Below, piece by piece: positions 36,773 to 49,930 of a stretch of 64,000 nt of DNA. Under the pieces are notes generated by a model. That model was not told the DNA's origin. It saw only the letters and a list, made by a program, of their open reading frames with translations, and did no database searches. This DNA comes from Antedon mediterranea (lineage: Eukaryota > Animalia > Echinodermata). The stretch lies in assembly GCF_964355755.1 (NCBI RefSeq), contig NC_092671.1, forward strand, positions 27,230,070 through 27,294,069, given 5' to 3'. The first letter of the stretch is position 1. Every line of letters begins with the position of its first letter. The position numbers and the translations under genes are program-made.

Positions 36773-37092
36773 TGATTGATTGATTGAAATTTATATTTAT
36801 ACTGGGTAACTTCTTCAGTCAAAGACTGGTCTCCCAGAGAGCCCAGTTGGTGATCAGTGGCTGTGATGTACTAATACACCGGGGTAACCCCCTACTCGTC
36901 TCGAAAGATGTACTAGGTTCTTTAAAGTGCACACGAGCTAGATGTGTACACTGGACCTACGGTTTATAGTCCTTATCCGAGAAGACTCGTTCTACCACCA
37001 GAACTATGGAGTGAGTGAGCCTCGAACCCCTGCCGATGTTATGGCTACGTAATTACGGTTCCACTGTCTTAACCGCTCGGCCACTCACTCAC
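36773..37092 (-). mobile_element. Full-length tRNA-derived SINE
   Basis: tRNA head with A and B boxes, (CAAT)n tail, TSD ATCTGAT at 36766 and 37093. Confidence 0.92.
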
Positions 37093-37578
37093 ATCTGATG
37101 ATAGGACATTTTGTTTAAAATCGAGTGAAATCCCGATAGCCGAGTTTTATTGAGTAAGCTGGCAGGAATAACTGTGTCCCGTTAGGACCGGGATGTCTGC
37201 CCATGTTGCAACCCGTCTAAAACGTCTTCCTTCTTGGGCCGAAACGTTAGTTTCAAAAGATGTTTAAATTAAATAATGTATTAATTATTAGGATGGTATT
37301 TATTTGAATAAACTCCTCCCCAATAAAACATCACTTTGAATATTAATCGCCACTCTCTAGGCCTACCTTTTATTTGATTCAAATGACAGGAATGTATTTA
37401 GATTTTATATAAATCAAATAATAAATGTTTTATATTCGTGTAAAGGTACAAATAATGGCATTTGGTGAATGAATAAAGGTTATATATCAACTCGGGTTCG
37501 CCTCGTTGAAATATAAACTTTCATCATTCACCTCATGCGATTATTTGTACCATTACACGAATATAAAACATTCATTAT

Positions 37579-39414
37579 TTACCTCCGCCTAGGAGGTATA
37601 TGTAATCGGTCGCGTGTGTTTGTTACTTGGCCAAATTGAAAATTGGCCAAGTAAGTTGATTGGTGTGTGTGTGTGTGTGTTTGTTTGTCATCACTCTAGC
37701 GCTCACAATTTTGATTTGAATGACTCCAAATTACTACCATACATGTCCCCTGGTGCAAGGACGACACTGCCCGATTTTGGTGAAAATCCGGACCACGGTC
37801 CCAATTCTGGACCACTTTTTAAAATTATTTTCAGACCTGCTGGTGTTAAAAGATAGGACAGAATTTTCAAAAGCCGGTGAGCAGTCTTAAATTAACAAGT
37901 AAACTAAAATTGCATTTTCTCGAGAACTACTTGTCCAAAAAACTTCATTTTTAAACAAGAGGCAAGAGTTATAATTTGTGATTTCTAATTTTAAAACATA
38001 ATTTGATTTAATATACAGGTTTTTTGATGCGAATAGTTTAAAAAACCTATTTCTTTTCAAATTCACCTGTGTGTTTTTCGCGTTGCTGTTCTATTGTTAG
38101 TCGACTGAAGCTATTGTTAAATGAAAGGCTTGTTACATAACTCGTATACACATGATTGTAGTGGATTTAGCCTAAATCACACAGCATAAGACACACACTT
38201 TTGGTGAAAATCGGGTCAAGGTCATTAGGCCAATTTTGATTTGGCCAAGTATCACGCTATGCGCGAAGGCTAGTTTGTCTGTCTGTTTGTTTGTTAGCAG
38301 GATTACTCAAAAAGTAATTACAAGATCTTTACCAAAATGAATATACAGATAGATATGTGGTCAAGGACCATTCCATTAAATTTTGGGACCATTTGGGACC
38401 ACGGTCCTAATTCTGGACTACTTTTTAGACCTGCTAGTGTTAAAAGATAGGACAGAATTTTTCAAAAGCCGGCGACCAGTCTTAAAGTAACAAGTAAACT
38501 GAAATTGCATTTTCTCGAGAACTACTTGTCCAAAAAAACTTCATTTTTGTACAAGAGGCAAGAGTTATAATTTGTGATTTGTAATTTTAAAACATAATTT
38601 GATTTAATGTGCACCTTTTTTGATGCGAGTAGTTTAAAAAACCTATTTCTTTTCAAATTCAATCGTTTGATTTTCGCGTTGCTGTTCTATTGTTAGTCAA
38701 CTGAAGCTCTTGTTAATTGAAAGGCTTAACCATTACACCAAACTCTTAGTGAAACTAGAAAGCCACTCCGAGAGTGCATACCTCCGCCTACTGTAAAATT
38801 CTCCTACATAAGATTTCTCCGGTGTGTGTCTTAATGCTGTTTGTGATTTAGGCTAATTTCACTCCAAGCATGTGTATGCGAGTTTGGTGTAATGGTTATG
38901 TAACAAGCCTTTCAATTAACTCTCTCGCCTCTTGTACAAAAATGATGTTTTTTGGACTAGTAGTTCTCAAGAAAATGCAATTTCAGTACACTTGTTACTT
39001 TAAGATTGCTCGCCGGCTTTTAAAAATTCTCTCCTATCTTTTAACACTAGCCGGTCTGAAAAGAATATCATTTTTGTTATTTGTGAAGTTATTAATAAAC
39101 CAATTTTGTTGATTTTCAATAGCCATGGTCTGAAAGTATATACCTATCTACACCCAAAAATTCAGAAGAATAACTTGAAAACTGTAGGCACTATCGTGCT
39201 AACAAACAAACAAACAAACATACATACATACAAACAAAGTAAATACTATACTTGGCAAAATTCTTTTTTGCCAAGTAACAAACAAACAAACACACGCTAC
39301 CGATTAGATAAACCTCCTTGGCGGAGGTAAATTAGCCTAAATCACAAACAGCATTAAGACACACACAAATATACATATAGGAGAATTTTACAGTAGGCGG
39401 AGTGGCTTTCTAGT
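37579..39414. mobile_element. Nest of about four HINE/DINE-1-like elements
   Basis: Same TTACCTCCGCC...CTAGTT family as 23025-24002 in both orientations, plus TTACTTGGCCAA-type elements at 37623-38275 and about 39060-39278. Confidence 0.7.
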
Positions 39415-39593
39415 TTGTATACTATTTCATGTAATATTCTAAACATTGCTATTTTTTATTTGTTAGCTCTACACGTCACACTGGAGCGTGTCTATGTGAA
39501 GCTTTTGAAATGAATGGCCATCGTAGTAATTTTATGTTGTGTATTCGACCATACAGTACAGTTTCAAATTTATATTGGTTTCTTTGTATTCAG

Positions 39594-39874
39594 AGAGGCA
39601 CATGTACATATCGAAGGAAGTCTATGGACAGAGCAGAGGCGTTGATCCAGTCTGCGTGAAGGAAAGTGAATTAACTGGTCTAACTCTGAGTAGTGCATTT
39701 GTTCGCAGTCGGATTCAATGCTTTCGTTTTTGCATTTCAATTAATACATGCAACACGTTCCAGATCCAGAGTTTATCAGAGAACGTATTGAAATGTGATG
39801 CACTCCATTCTGAAGGAGAGCATGCGCAATATCAAATTGAACAAGATGGTTGTCAAATTTTTGTTGTTGAGTAA
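39594..39874 (+). pseudogene. C-type lectin copy 2, exon 4 (PAN/Apple-like module)
   Basis: Polypyrimidine tract + ttcag acceptor; ERHMYISKEVYGQ...VC...SRIQCFRFCISINTCNTFQI...LKCDAL...DGCQIFVVE*. Confidence 0.85.
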
Positions 39875-40182
39875 ATTTAACGGACATCAGTGTTATTTAG
39901 ATATGATGTTTGTTTTTAGAATACAAAACAACTATCAAACTAGTGTGATGTGCCCAAATATGGTAGTGGTATGACATCATCATGTCCATATGGGCATTTC
40001 TTAATTAAAAATTGTGTATTTTACAACACAACTATTTTCATTGGAGTGAGTGAGCTTAATGATATTTCCTCAGCATTGTTTATATCTGTACCTTTTAACA
40101 TATTTTTAAATTTAGTCCATATGTTCATGATCATCTTCATAATTACATAGTTTACAAAATTGTATTAATTATTTAATTAATA

Positions 40183-42672
40183 CCAGTAGTTACCCGTGCG
40201 GAGAACGGTCTTTTTCTGCCTTACATGTGACAATGTGACAATTTATATAAAAAAAAACAAATTGTATCAACAAAATTCCGAACAATTTACGGCCATTGAT
40301 TTTGTTATTTCTTCACTTTGAAATATCTGTAAGTTAAAAAATGAAAGCAATACTGGATATGGAACTTTATGTGTTAAGACTTTATGAAAATAAAAGACGC
40401 TAAAGACACCTAAAAGTGCACATGGTGGTGATAGTCGAAATTAGATGATGCGCGCAGACACTATCGAAAGTATAAAATACCAGACCATATTTTGGGTTGT
40501 TTTTCGTGGTGTATTATTTTATATTTTGTTGTTTTTTGTGGGAGCTTTGTTTTAATTATGCTTACAAATAGTGATGTGTATGCAATGGGTCATATATAAA
40601 TCGAATGAAATAGATTTCTGAGGAAACACGACCTAAACACTTGGTAATTAATTGTTTCGTGTTCAACAATCAATAAAACCATTTGGATTCATTTACATTT
40701 TAATGGTTTCGATATTTTGTGGGAGCTTTGGAGTTTTACTCACCGAGTTAATGGTGATTTACGAAATACATTATGTTCCAGTAATACGTGCAATTCATTA
40801 AAACCCTAACGATGGGATCAGTCGATACAGTTGGCCGGTGCCGAGACTAAACCCTGTTTTAATTTGGGAGAGGCGGTTGCGTAGTTGATACGTGACAACT
40901 CGCAAAACCTGGCCGCTGAGACGTCAACTACTGTTATTTTTTGCCTTTTTCGTGTCCCTAGTGTGTTTTTTAGTAATCCTTACAATTCAGGAAAGTGACA
41001 TAGCCTATCGTGTGCGGTCCATGAAGAAACATTAGTGTGCCAAATGTGAGCATGTACTATTCAGTGGTTTCGGAGGAGATATGTAAAATTATGAGGCCAT
41101 TAGTAGCATTAATATAATATATTATTATTATTATGTTAAAAATGTATTGTCCCCCAAAAACATGAAAAATAAAGATTAATAAAAATCAGACTTTAAATAG
41201 GTTGTTTTGTAGTTTTATAGATAGTTGTCTGTCAGACATGTATTTTTTGCTTTAAATTTTTTTCAGATAAATATTATATATATTTTCGATCCAATTTTTG
41301 GTCAACTATTATTTGACATTAAAGGACAACTTGATCGAGGACCAAATTTTAACAGCGTATTAGGGATGTACAAATGAATTCAGAACCATCGCGAGATTAA
41401 GGATATCGCCGCACGCGCTCGCCTTACAGCCGTCGCCGTAAATTGCTGTTACGTAACTTGACCGAGAACTATATTTTTACATACAACGTATTATGGATGT
41501 ACATATGATTTCAGAAAAATCGAGAGATTAAGGATATCGCCGCACGTGCTCGCCGTACAGCCGTCGCCGTAAATTGCTGTGACGTCACAGGTGCATGGCA
41601 AAATTTACGTCATTAGTTTTCTGGCAAAGTCTGGCAAATGGCGAAAATTTCTAGTAAACACACTTTGTAAATAAATTGTAAAAAATATAAATGTTAATTT
41701 TGTTATTGTTTCTTTTGTTATGTTATCTGGACTCATTAAGTTTTTTTTTTTTTTTTTTAAATCGTAAATGTTTTACTGTGTTTAGTGTATTAAAATACTT
41801 TTTTAAAACAGTCCCTGTTATAGTCGATTGAAATAGTAAAGTACATTTAACGATACACCACTACGACGTTTATATTTTGTATAATTATTAATTAATACAA
41901 ACGTTGAGAAGTAACTGTCAGTTTTTATTTGTATATGTATATTTATATGTGTTTATATATCCAGCAGTAGAGCCTACCCACAGTCACAGTAATAAATGTT
42001 CTTTGTATATGTGTTTATATATCTAACAGTACCAAATTTCGATTCAAATGGCGACCAAAAATGGTTAATACGTATTTACAATATTATTGTCAAAGTATTG
42101 CAATACTATATCTCAGTTGTAAGTTTATTCTCCAAGGACCCATTTATTTTTCCTACTTGTGTTAAAACCAAGGGCTCATAAATTTACCTACAAACTGGGA
42201 CTCTGAGAGATTGGAATGTTCCATTCATCGCAAATCAATACATTTGTATAAACATATATTAAATCTATCAGAATAGTGTTTTTTTAGAAAATAGGCCTGT
42301 CTTCAACATTATGATACTGTACTCGAGCTGTTCAACCGGTTTTCAGCTATTAAAAACAATTATCGTAGGAGGAGATAGGAAAATGTGAAGCATCCTCGTA
42401 TTATTGTGTGCAGGTATTTTTCAAGAGGACATCCATTAGACAGTGTATACCAGGATCGGAAAACACCCATATTTGGGGCAAATCGTTGAACCTAAATTCG
42501 TTTTAATTGTCAATAACTAATTATCTAACTCAATTTAATTAGTAAACAGGGTTACATCAGGTGGTTAAAATCAGTACCGAGATTCTAACTAAATTTATAT
42601 ACCATCGAGTAAACATTCTAGAAATAACGTGCGATTTACCGAATTTTGCCCTTGCGTAAATTTATATATAGA
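40183..42672 (-). mobile_element. Non-autonomous Helitron
   Basis: Minus-strand 5' TC end and about 850 bp shared with 12484-14031; 3' end CCGTTCTCCGCACGG hairpin...CTGG; A/T target. Confidence 0.7.
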
Positions 42673-42679
42673 TTAGAAA

Positions 42680-45600
42680 TAATAATAACACCTTATTCAT
42701 CATATGCCTGGACCAGAGATTGCTTATATGTAATTTTAAAACTTAATAGTGAAGGTTTCTTTATCAGTGAATGTGGAAGATTTTCCCAAAGTTTAGGTCC
42801 GGTATAAAGTATAGAATGACGTCTAATGTGCGAGTCGCAGTGTATACATTAGTAGTGGAAAAACGGGTAAAATGTGTATGGGTATCAGAAGGTTTAGTAA
42901 AGAGTGAACATAAGTGGGGTCGGAAGTTGATTATTTGTAAGTCGGTACATGAATAATGCAGTTTGAAGTTTATTAACATCAAAAACGTTCAGAGATTTAA
43001 AGTTAAAAAATAAGTGTTTTGAATGAAATCTGAATGATGCCCCTGAACAGAATCGAATTGCACGTTTTTGCAATTTTGAAAATTCGATAAATATTGGTAG
43101 TTTCGAAACTAGTCCAGGGGCATAAAGTGCTGAACTTGCCAGGTGTAACGGCCCAGGCAGTGTTGCAGTATGATATGTATGGAAGAATTAAAGTATTATA
43201 TAGATTAAATAAAATGTTTGCTGGAAGTGTGTACTTTAATTTGTTCATCATACCAGTGTTTCTTGCAATTGTGTTGCAGATTGTATTGATATGATGTTTC
43301 CAAGATAATTTAGAGTCAATGGAGACGCCAAGAAATTTGGTTTCCTCAACACGTGTGATTACCTTGTCATTAATTGAAATTTTTAAGTTTTGAGAGAAGG
43401 ATTTTTTGTTTTTATGTTTAAATATAATATAATTTGATTTGGATTCATTTAGCGATAATTTATTGATTTTGAACCAATTGGAAACTTTGCGTAATTCACT
43501 ATTAATTGTATTAACTAAAATTTGATCATTTTTGTGAGAATAAATAATATTAGTGTCATCGGCATAAAGTATAAATTTGAGTAATTTGGAACAGTTAGGG
43601 AGATCGTTAATATATGTTAAAAATAATAAGGGGCCGAGTATAGAGCCTTGCGGAACGCCGCAAAGAATGAGGGATAGTTTGGAGTCAAAATGGGGGAAAG
43701 CTGTGAATTGTTGGCAATTGGTAAGGTAGCTTTTTAAGAGTTTAAGAGGAAGGCCCCTGACACCATAATGCTGAAGTTTGTGAAGAAGTATCTCATGATT
43801 GATCGTGTCAAAGGCCTTACTCAAGTCAAGAAAAATACCAGCGGTGTGTTCATTGTTTGAAAGTGCAGAAGTCAGTTTATCATAAAGATCAGTTATTGCG
43901 AGGTCAGTGGAAAAAGCTTTTCTAAAACCGTATTGTTGATGAAAGAGGATATCGTATTTAGAAAAAAAGTCAAAGTTTATAAAGTCTGTTGTAGATTAGG
44001 CGCTCTACTACCTTAGACAGGCAAGGCAGCAGGGAAATCGGTCTGTAATTTTCAAAGTAATGGGGATCGCCTTTTTTGAATATAGGTATTATTTTGCCAA
44101 TTTTTAAAAGGTCTGGAAAAATTCCTGTTTGAAATGATAGGTTAAAAATATGGGCTAAAGGCTTGGATATAAAGTTTGTGATGTTTTTAATAATTCGATT
44201 GGAAAATCCATCAGATCCTGGACTCTTATTGTCCTTAAGTTTTAAGATTATATCAACAATTTCGGTTTCCGTTATTGGAGTTAAATAGAGAGAGTTTGAA
44301 ATAAAGAATGATTAAGAAATGATTTAAAATTTGAGTTGCCATTATATGAAATACTTTGTGCAAGGTTGTTCCCAATATTAATGAAATAATCATTAAAGTG
44401 TTCAGCAATAAGTCTGGGATTAGTAATTTTACAATTGTTTTTAAAAAAGTGAGAGGGTTGGTGTTGTTTTTTATTTTTACCTAAGATTCCATTGATTGTT
44501 CGCCAGGTTTTATGAATGTTGTTGGTGTACTGGTCGAATTTTGAGGCATAATACTCTTTATTTGCTATGCGAAGTAAATTAGTTAATTTGTTTCTATATT
44601 TTATGTATTTGTCCTTATCGGTCTGTTTCTTCGATTTAAGGTAGGCAGTATAGAGCTTATTTCTGGTACCAATTGATTTAATCAGACCGACAGTGATCCA
44701 TGGTTTACGCTCTTTGCGAAAATTACATTTAATACGTTTAGTTTTAATACTGGAATTGTACAGACTGGTTAACTTGTAATTAAACAATTGATATGCACGA
44801 TTGGGATTGTCATTATTCGTATAAATTTCGGACCAGTCTGTATTTAGAAGGTCAGCAGATAAAGATGATATAGATTCATCGTCAATTTTTTGTAGGAGGA
44901 TGAACTTATTGCTATTGGAGTTAGGTGGCTGGGAATATTGATTTTGATGGGTTAAAGAAAAGACAGGAAAGTGATCAGAAATATCTGAGTAAACAATACC
45001 GGTAGAAATTTTGTCATATGTATTATTAGAGAAAATATTATCAATCAAGGTTGCCGTTTTTGTAGTTATTCGTGTAGGTTTAGTAATTAAAGGGAAGAAG
45101 TTGTTATTAAGCATTGCAGTAAGGAATTGGGACGTGCTATTATGGATATTACATTTTAACAGATCTATATTGAAATCCCCGCAGATGTACGCCGTTTTAT
45201 TTTCATTATTTATGATGTCGAGAATAAGGGCGATATTGGTGTTAAATGAGGTAACCGATAACTAAGGCGTACAATATACAAGACCAAGAATGATGTTTTT
45301 CGGTTTGGCATTGATTTCAATAAGAATGGATTCGGAATCTTGCGGATAAGAGATGAAAGATCGGAACGGTCGTTGTGTTGCAATCTCTGATCCAGGTATA
45401 TGGCTACACCTCCTCCTGTTCTGGTTTTTCTAGATACCTCAATCAGTTTGTAGCCCTCAATGTTATAAAAAGAAAAATTTGTTTTATTGGAGTTAAAATA
45501 GGTTTCAGAAAAACATAAGGCAGAGAAATCATGGCTAATGGATTTTAAGTAATCTGTTACTTCACTAAAGTGTTTGACGAGACTGCGTACATTTAGATGA

Positions 45601-46260
45601 AATAAGCTGAAAGAAGAAACGATATTATATTTAGAGTTAAAGTTATCAATGTGGTCATAATTGCATGGTTCATGTAAAGTAACATATTCGTCATTATCAC
45701 TACGACCATTCAGACTAATGTCAAATGGATTTAAAATAAGAGAGTTGATCCGATCGTATTCAATATTGTGGTCAAGTGAGAAATGCTTTAAGACATGTAA
45801 GAATTCATCATTGTCAACTATTGAATTAAAAGGAAATAAGTTTCCAGTGCAAGAATGGCAGATCCATGAATTTACTTCAGACTTATCTATACATATTTTA
45901 TGGGCCATTTTTTTACAAGCAATGCATTTTAATAGGTGTGAGCCATGGACATTATTACATAAAATACAATTCATTGTAAAAAAATAAAATATTTAAATAA
46001 ATACAATTGTGGTGAAGACATTTAGTAACAGGTGACATTTGTAGTTTTGGGACAATATTGATACAGTATGTATAGGCTAGTAAAATTAGGCAATGAAAAA
46101 ATAAATAGTAAAATAAAACAATACAAAATAACAAAAGTAGAGCTATAGAAACATTGGTTCTGAGACAGCGTGTTAAAAGTATGATGAGTGCTGCATTGAA
46201 ATGTACCGTATGCAAATTTGACATGTGGTAAGAGTGCATTACATAAGTAAATTAAACAGG
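42680..46260 (-). mobile_element. Crack/L2-group LINE with frameshifted ORF: PHD-like finger, AP endonuclease, RT
   Basis: 45974-45210 (CxxC...CxxC..H..C...WICHSC, LFPF, HLNVRSL, FSETY, GGGVAIY); 45114-44281 (KPTRIT, LIDNIF, SDHFPVF); 43824-43003 (KAFDTI, GVPQGSILGP, YADDT, FLG). Confidence 0.93.
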
Positions 46261-46287
46261 AGCTCCCGGTATAATATTACAATGTAA

Positions 46288-49200
46288 TATTATACAGATA
46301 TTGACTGCTTAGAGGTTAAATATAAGATTTGACATCCCCGAGGGAATGATATTAAGTTCGAGGGAATATATATTTCCCGAAGCACCAGCTGAGGGAAATA
46401 TATATTCCCCGAGAACTTAATATCATTCCCGAGGGGATGCCAAATCTTATATTTAACCGATATAAAAGGCGATATCTGTTATATTATATAGCCAAGAACA
46501 AGTCTGCTGGGTTGGGTGAAGCTAGGCTAGGCCTCCTATAGTATTTGTATTGTATGTAAACAAGCCTGCCTAGACACCTTACCTTGCGAAGAATAATATA
46601 CAGATAATTACTAATTAATGATTCCTTGGCAATAAAATATTCACTTAGGCCTAGGTCGTTTAAATTAACAGAAGAATTTCCATCAATAAGCCTATTAATA
46701 ATAATATTATAATCAGGTAGGCCGAATAAACAATTCGTCGTCTTCTCTTCGAGGAGCCGAATCGCCGAATGTTCAGCACGTACTAGTTACCAAAGATACT
46801 ATAGCGCCACGAAGTGGCGCAAGATAGGGAAGTCCTATCTCTTATACACTGCGCATGAGTGAAATTCCATGGGCAGCCATTCCGGCAAGCAAGTTACGCG
46901 ATCACATACCCCGGAAGTGTATAATAAACCATTGAACCACATCCACGTGTGACGTGTTATTGTTTGTTCGGGAAGTTTTCTCGTGTTGTATTGGGTAAAT
47001 TGTAGTGGTAAGTTTTTAGAATATATATTTTTTTGTTAGTAAACATTAACAAAATTATTAAATTGTTGTTTAAATTTAGTTCAGGCAGGCGTTTCTGCGC
47101 AATCCGATCTAGGGCCTAGATAGTAGTAGGCCTAGGCATATTTAATGCCTAATACTAGGCCTAGTTTAGTTAGTATGATTAATAAAAAAAAGTCTGGGAG
47201 GATGAATGATATTGATTGGCGTCTGATAGATGGATCAAACAAGGCTTAGATGGATGGAAGATTAAGACAAAAACTGAAGCTGTTCGGGAATTAGGAGTTT
47301 TTAATAAAAATGTACAAGACAATATAGCGTTTTATTAATAATAACATTAACAGAAATAATTAAATGTAATGAAATAAAAAATCGTGAGGATGTTATTGTT
47401 TGTTTTTTTTTATTTAATAAATTTAAATTATAAATTTGATCCTCATATTTATTTTGTTCTTCATCTTTATTTGAAAAATATTTAGTTAATTAATGTAAAC
47501 ATTTTTTAATACTTACAATATTAATAAATAGTAGGCAATTGACTTTTGTTTTGAATTTAAAAATGTATAGTATTTTAAAATACTATAATAAGTAATCAAA
47601 TGATTATGTAACAGTTCGAAAAGTGACCAAATAATTTAATGATATATTTTTCCCTATTTCAGAAAGATGTCTGTTATCATACTGTAAAATTGAGAAGATA
47701 GATGATTGAGTGCAAAGTGGTATTTTACACAAGAACTAAATACAAAGGCCAATAGTAATAATAGTAATAATTGTTTATATTTTTGATTCTTGAAAAGGAG
47801 CAGTATCCTATGGGATTACAAATAAAATCACTATTTTCACACACCTCATACTTTAAAGTGAAAGGAAATAACCAGAATTCAGTTATTATCAGTACTGTTG
47901 TTTAGGCCTATTGGCTTCTTTTGTAATACAAGAAATCAAAATAATAGAATTTTCCTTGTATTTAAGAAGGCTAAAACCATACATTCGTAATTTATTTATT
48001 GAGTGTATTTAATTATTCCATCATTATTTATTAATATTCTATAAAGTGAGATTTTTCAGTATTTTTATTGCATTTTAATCCTGTCTGTAATATTGAAAGT
48101 TGAGCTAATAAAAGTGGGTTGAAAAGAACAAATTATGATTATGAATTTTTAAAATTAATATTTAATACTTTTACTTTTTTGAAATTAAAAAAATGTAACA
48201 ATTGTTTTTGTATCTAGTAATGTATGTACAGTATACTACAGTTGTGGCAGATCGTAGTAAAATTCCTCTTGCAATGAAATAACTTTGTATTTGTAGGCCT
48301 GAAGCACACAAAATAGAAAGAGAGGGTCCGAACAGGGGAAAGAACATCCCCCTGCCCGTCAATTTAAAAAAAAAAAAAAATTAAAAAGACAGTTTTGGAC
48401 AATATATTTGGCAATTATTACAATTCATCTCCAAAAAATGCTTCTCTCGCACATAAACTAGGCCATCATCCCAGCCTAGGCCAAACGCGGCCGACCTTGG
48501 GCGTGAAGTGCGTAGCATCGCGCTGCGCCCCGCGACACTATTTATAACTATGCCTCAACCGACTGCCTACAAAATTCGTCCTCCATACAGTCAGTGTTTA
48601 TTCTGTAGCCGTTTGAGGTTGGACAGTGATATACGCATATGTAATTGTAATATCAAATGGAGTAAATTTATATAATCGAATTTTATATAGATGTTCTTTC
48701 ATTTTGACGCGAAAGATAAAATAAAGTCGTACTATTTATCGCGTAGATGTAAATCCTATTTGTTTACATTGATTTGGTGGCGTGCCGCATTGCCTACTGG
48801 GTAATCCGCTTGCCGGCGGAATGGCTGCCCATGCAATTATCATTTTTCGAGCGTCAGTTCCATATCTTGCGCCACTACGTGGCGCTATACGATCTTTGCT
48901 AGTTACTAGGTTACTACGGTGAGTTTTGACCAATCACAAATGGTGTTTCATCACATTTAAGGAGGACTAATAACAAATGAGGGCGCTATGTATGCATAGC
49001 TTAAATAGCGAGTTCCGTGGCGCAGCGGTTTTAAGCGTTGTCTTGTGATGGAGTGACAATTCCATCCCGAGTTCAAGATCCAGTAGATGACTTTTGTTTA
49101 TTTATCGGCAAACACGAGTGTTGCACACGAAAATTACACAGTCAATATCATCGAACTCGAGAATTTATATGATTAATGACAGGGGACACGATAATTACGC

Positions 49201-49330
49201 GGAAATTACTCAGTCAATATCATCGTTCTCGAGGATATATACGATTTACGATCCTCGCAGCGGTAGTCATGTGACGCAGTTTCAACCTATCACGTTCACG
49301 TATTTACATAGGCTATGTAATATAATACAT
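46288..49330. mobile_element. Second element with a terminal long hairpin and asymmetric inverted repeat (opposite orientation)
   Basis: Palindrome 46315-46458 centred on CCCGAAGCACCAGCTGAGGG; TATATTATATAGCC (about 46480) is inverted as GGCTATGTAATATA (about 49311). Confidence 0.55.
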
Positions 49331-49796
49331 TAAGACCCATAAATTACAACACATATTCTTGTCAAAGCACAGTGAAGTTTTTATAAAATGAAAACAGCTG
49401 TAGAGGACTCACTTTAGAAAAGCATGAAAAAGTTATGTCTAGCGCCCTCGGGACCACAGGCTGGCCAAAAAAGAACCACAGGCTGGCCGTGTGTTTGACG
49501 ACCCCTTTAGGAATATTGACGCGCGAGCAGGTACCGTAAATGTTTTTCTCCAAAGCTATAGAGGGCGCTACCCAATGTTTATTACCAGAGCCATTTAAAT
49601 ATTATTATTATTATTGTTTATTACCACAGTTTTTCAATCATAATTAATTAATTAATAGCTTTTATAGGTCTATAAGAATGATTTAATGTTCTATAAAAAT
49701 CGACTAAAATAGAAAAGTATGGAAAAGTTATGTCTAGCGCCCTCGGGACCACAGGCTGGCCGATATGTCTAGCGCCCTCGGGACCACAGGCTGGCC

Positions 49797-49930
49797 CAGA
49801 GCCATATATATAAAGGTATATATATTTAAAGCTATACAAAAGATACGCGCGCGCCCTCAGCGTGCGAATTATTTGACACAAAAATGGTTTCTAATTTTCA
49901 ATGTCGTAACTCTTTATATATATGGCTCTG
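49797..49930. mobile_element. 134-bp MITE with 8-bp TSD (P-element/hAT-like)
   Basis: TIR CAGAGCCATATATATAAAG and CTTTATATATATGGCTCTG; TSD GGCTGGCC at 49789 and 49931. Confidence 0.85.

Larger units (their letters stand above)
34128..37578. mobile_element. Non-autonomous element with asymmetric inverted repeat and a terminal hairpin of about 160 bp (Crypton-like?)
   Basis: 34132-34167 is inverted at 37377-37412, immediately followed by the long palindrome 37418-37578 centred on AACTCGGGTTCGCCTCGTT. Confidence 0.6.
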
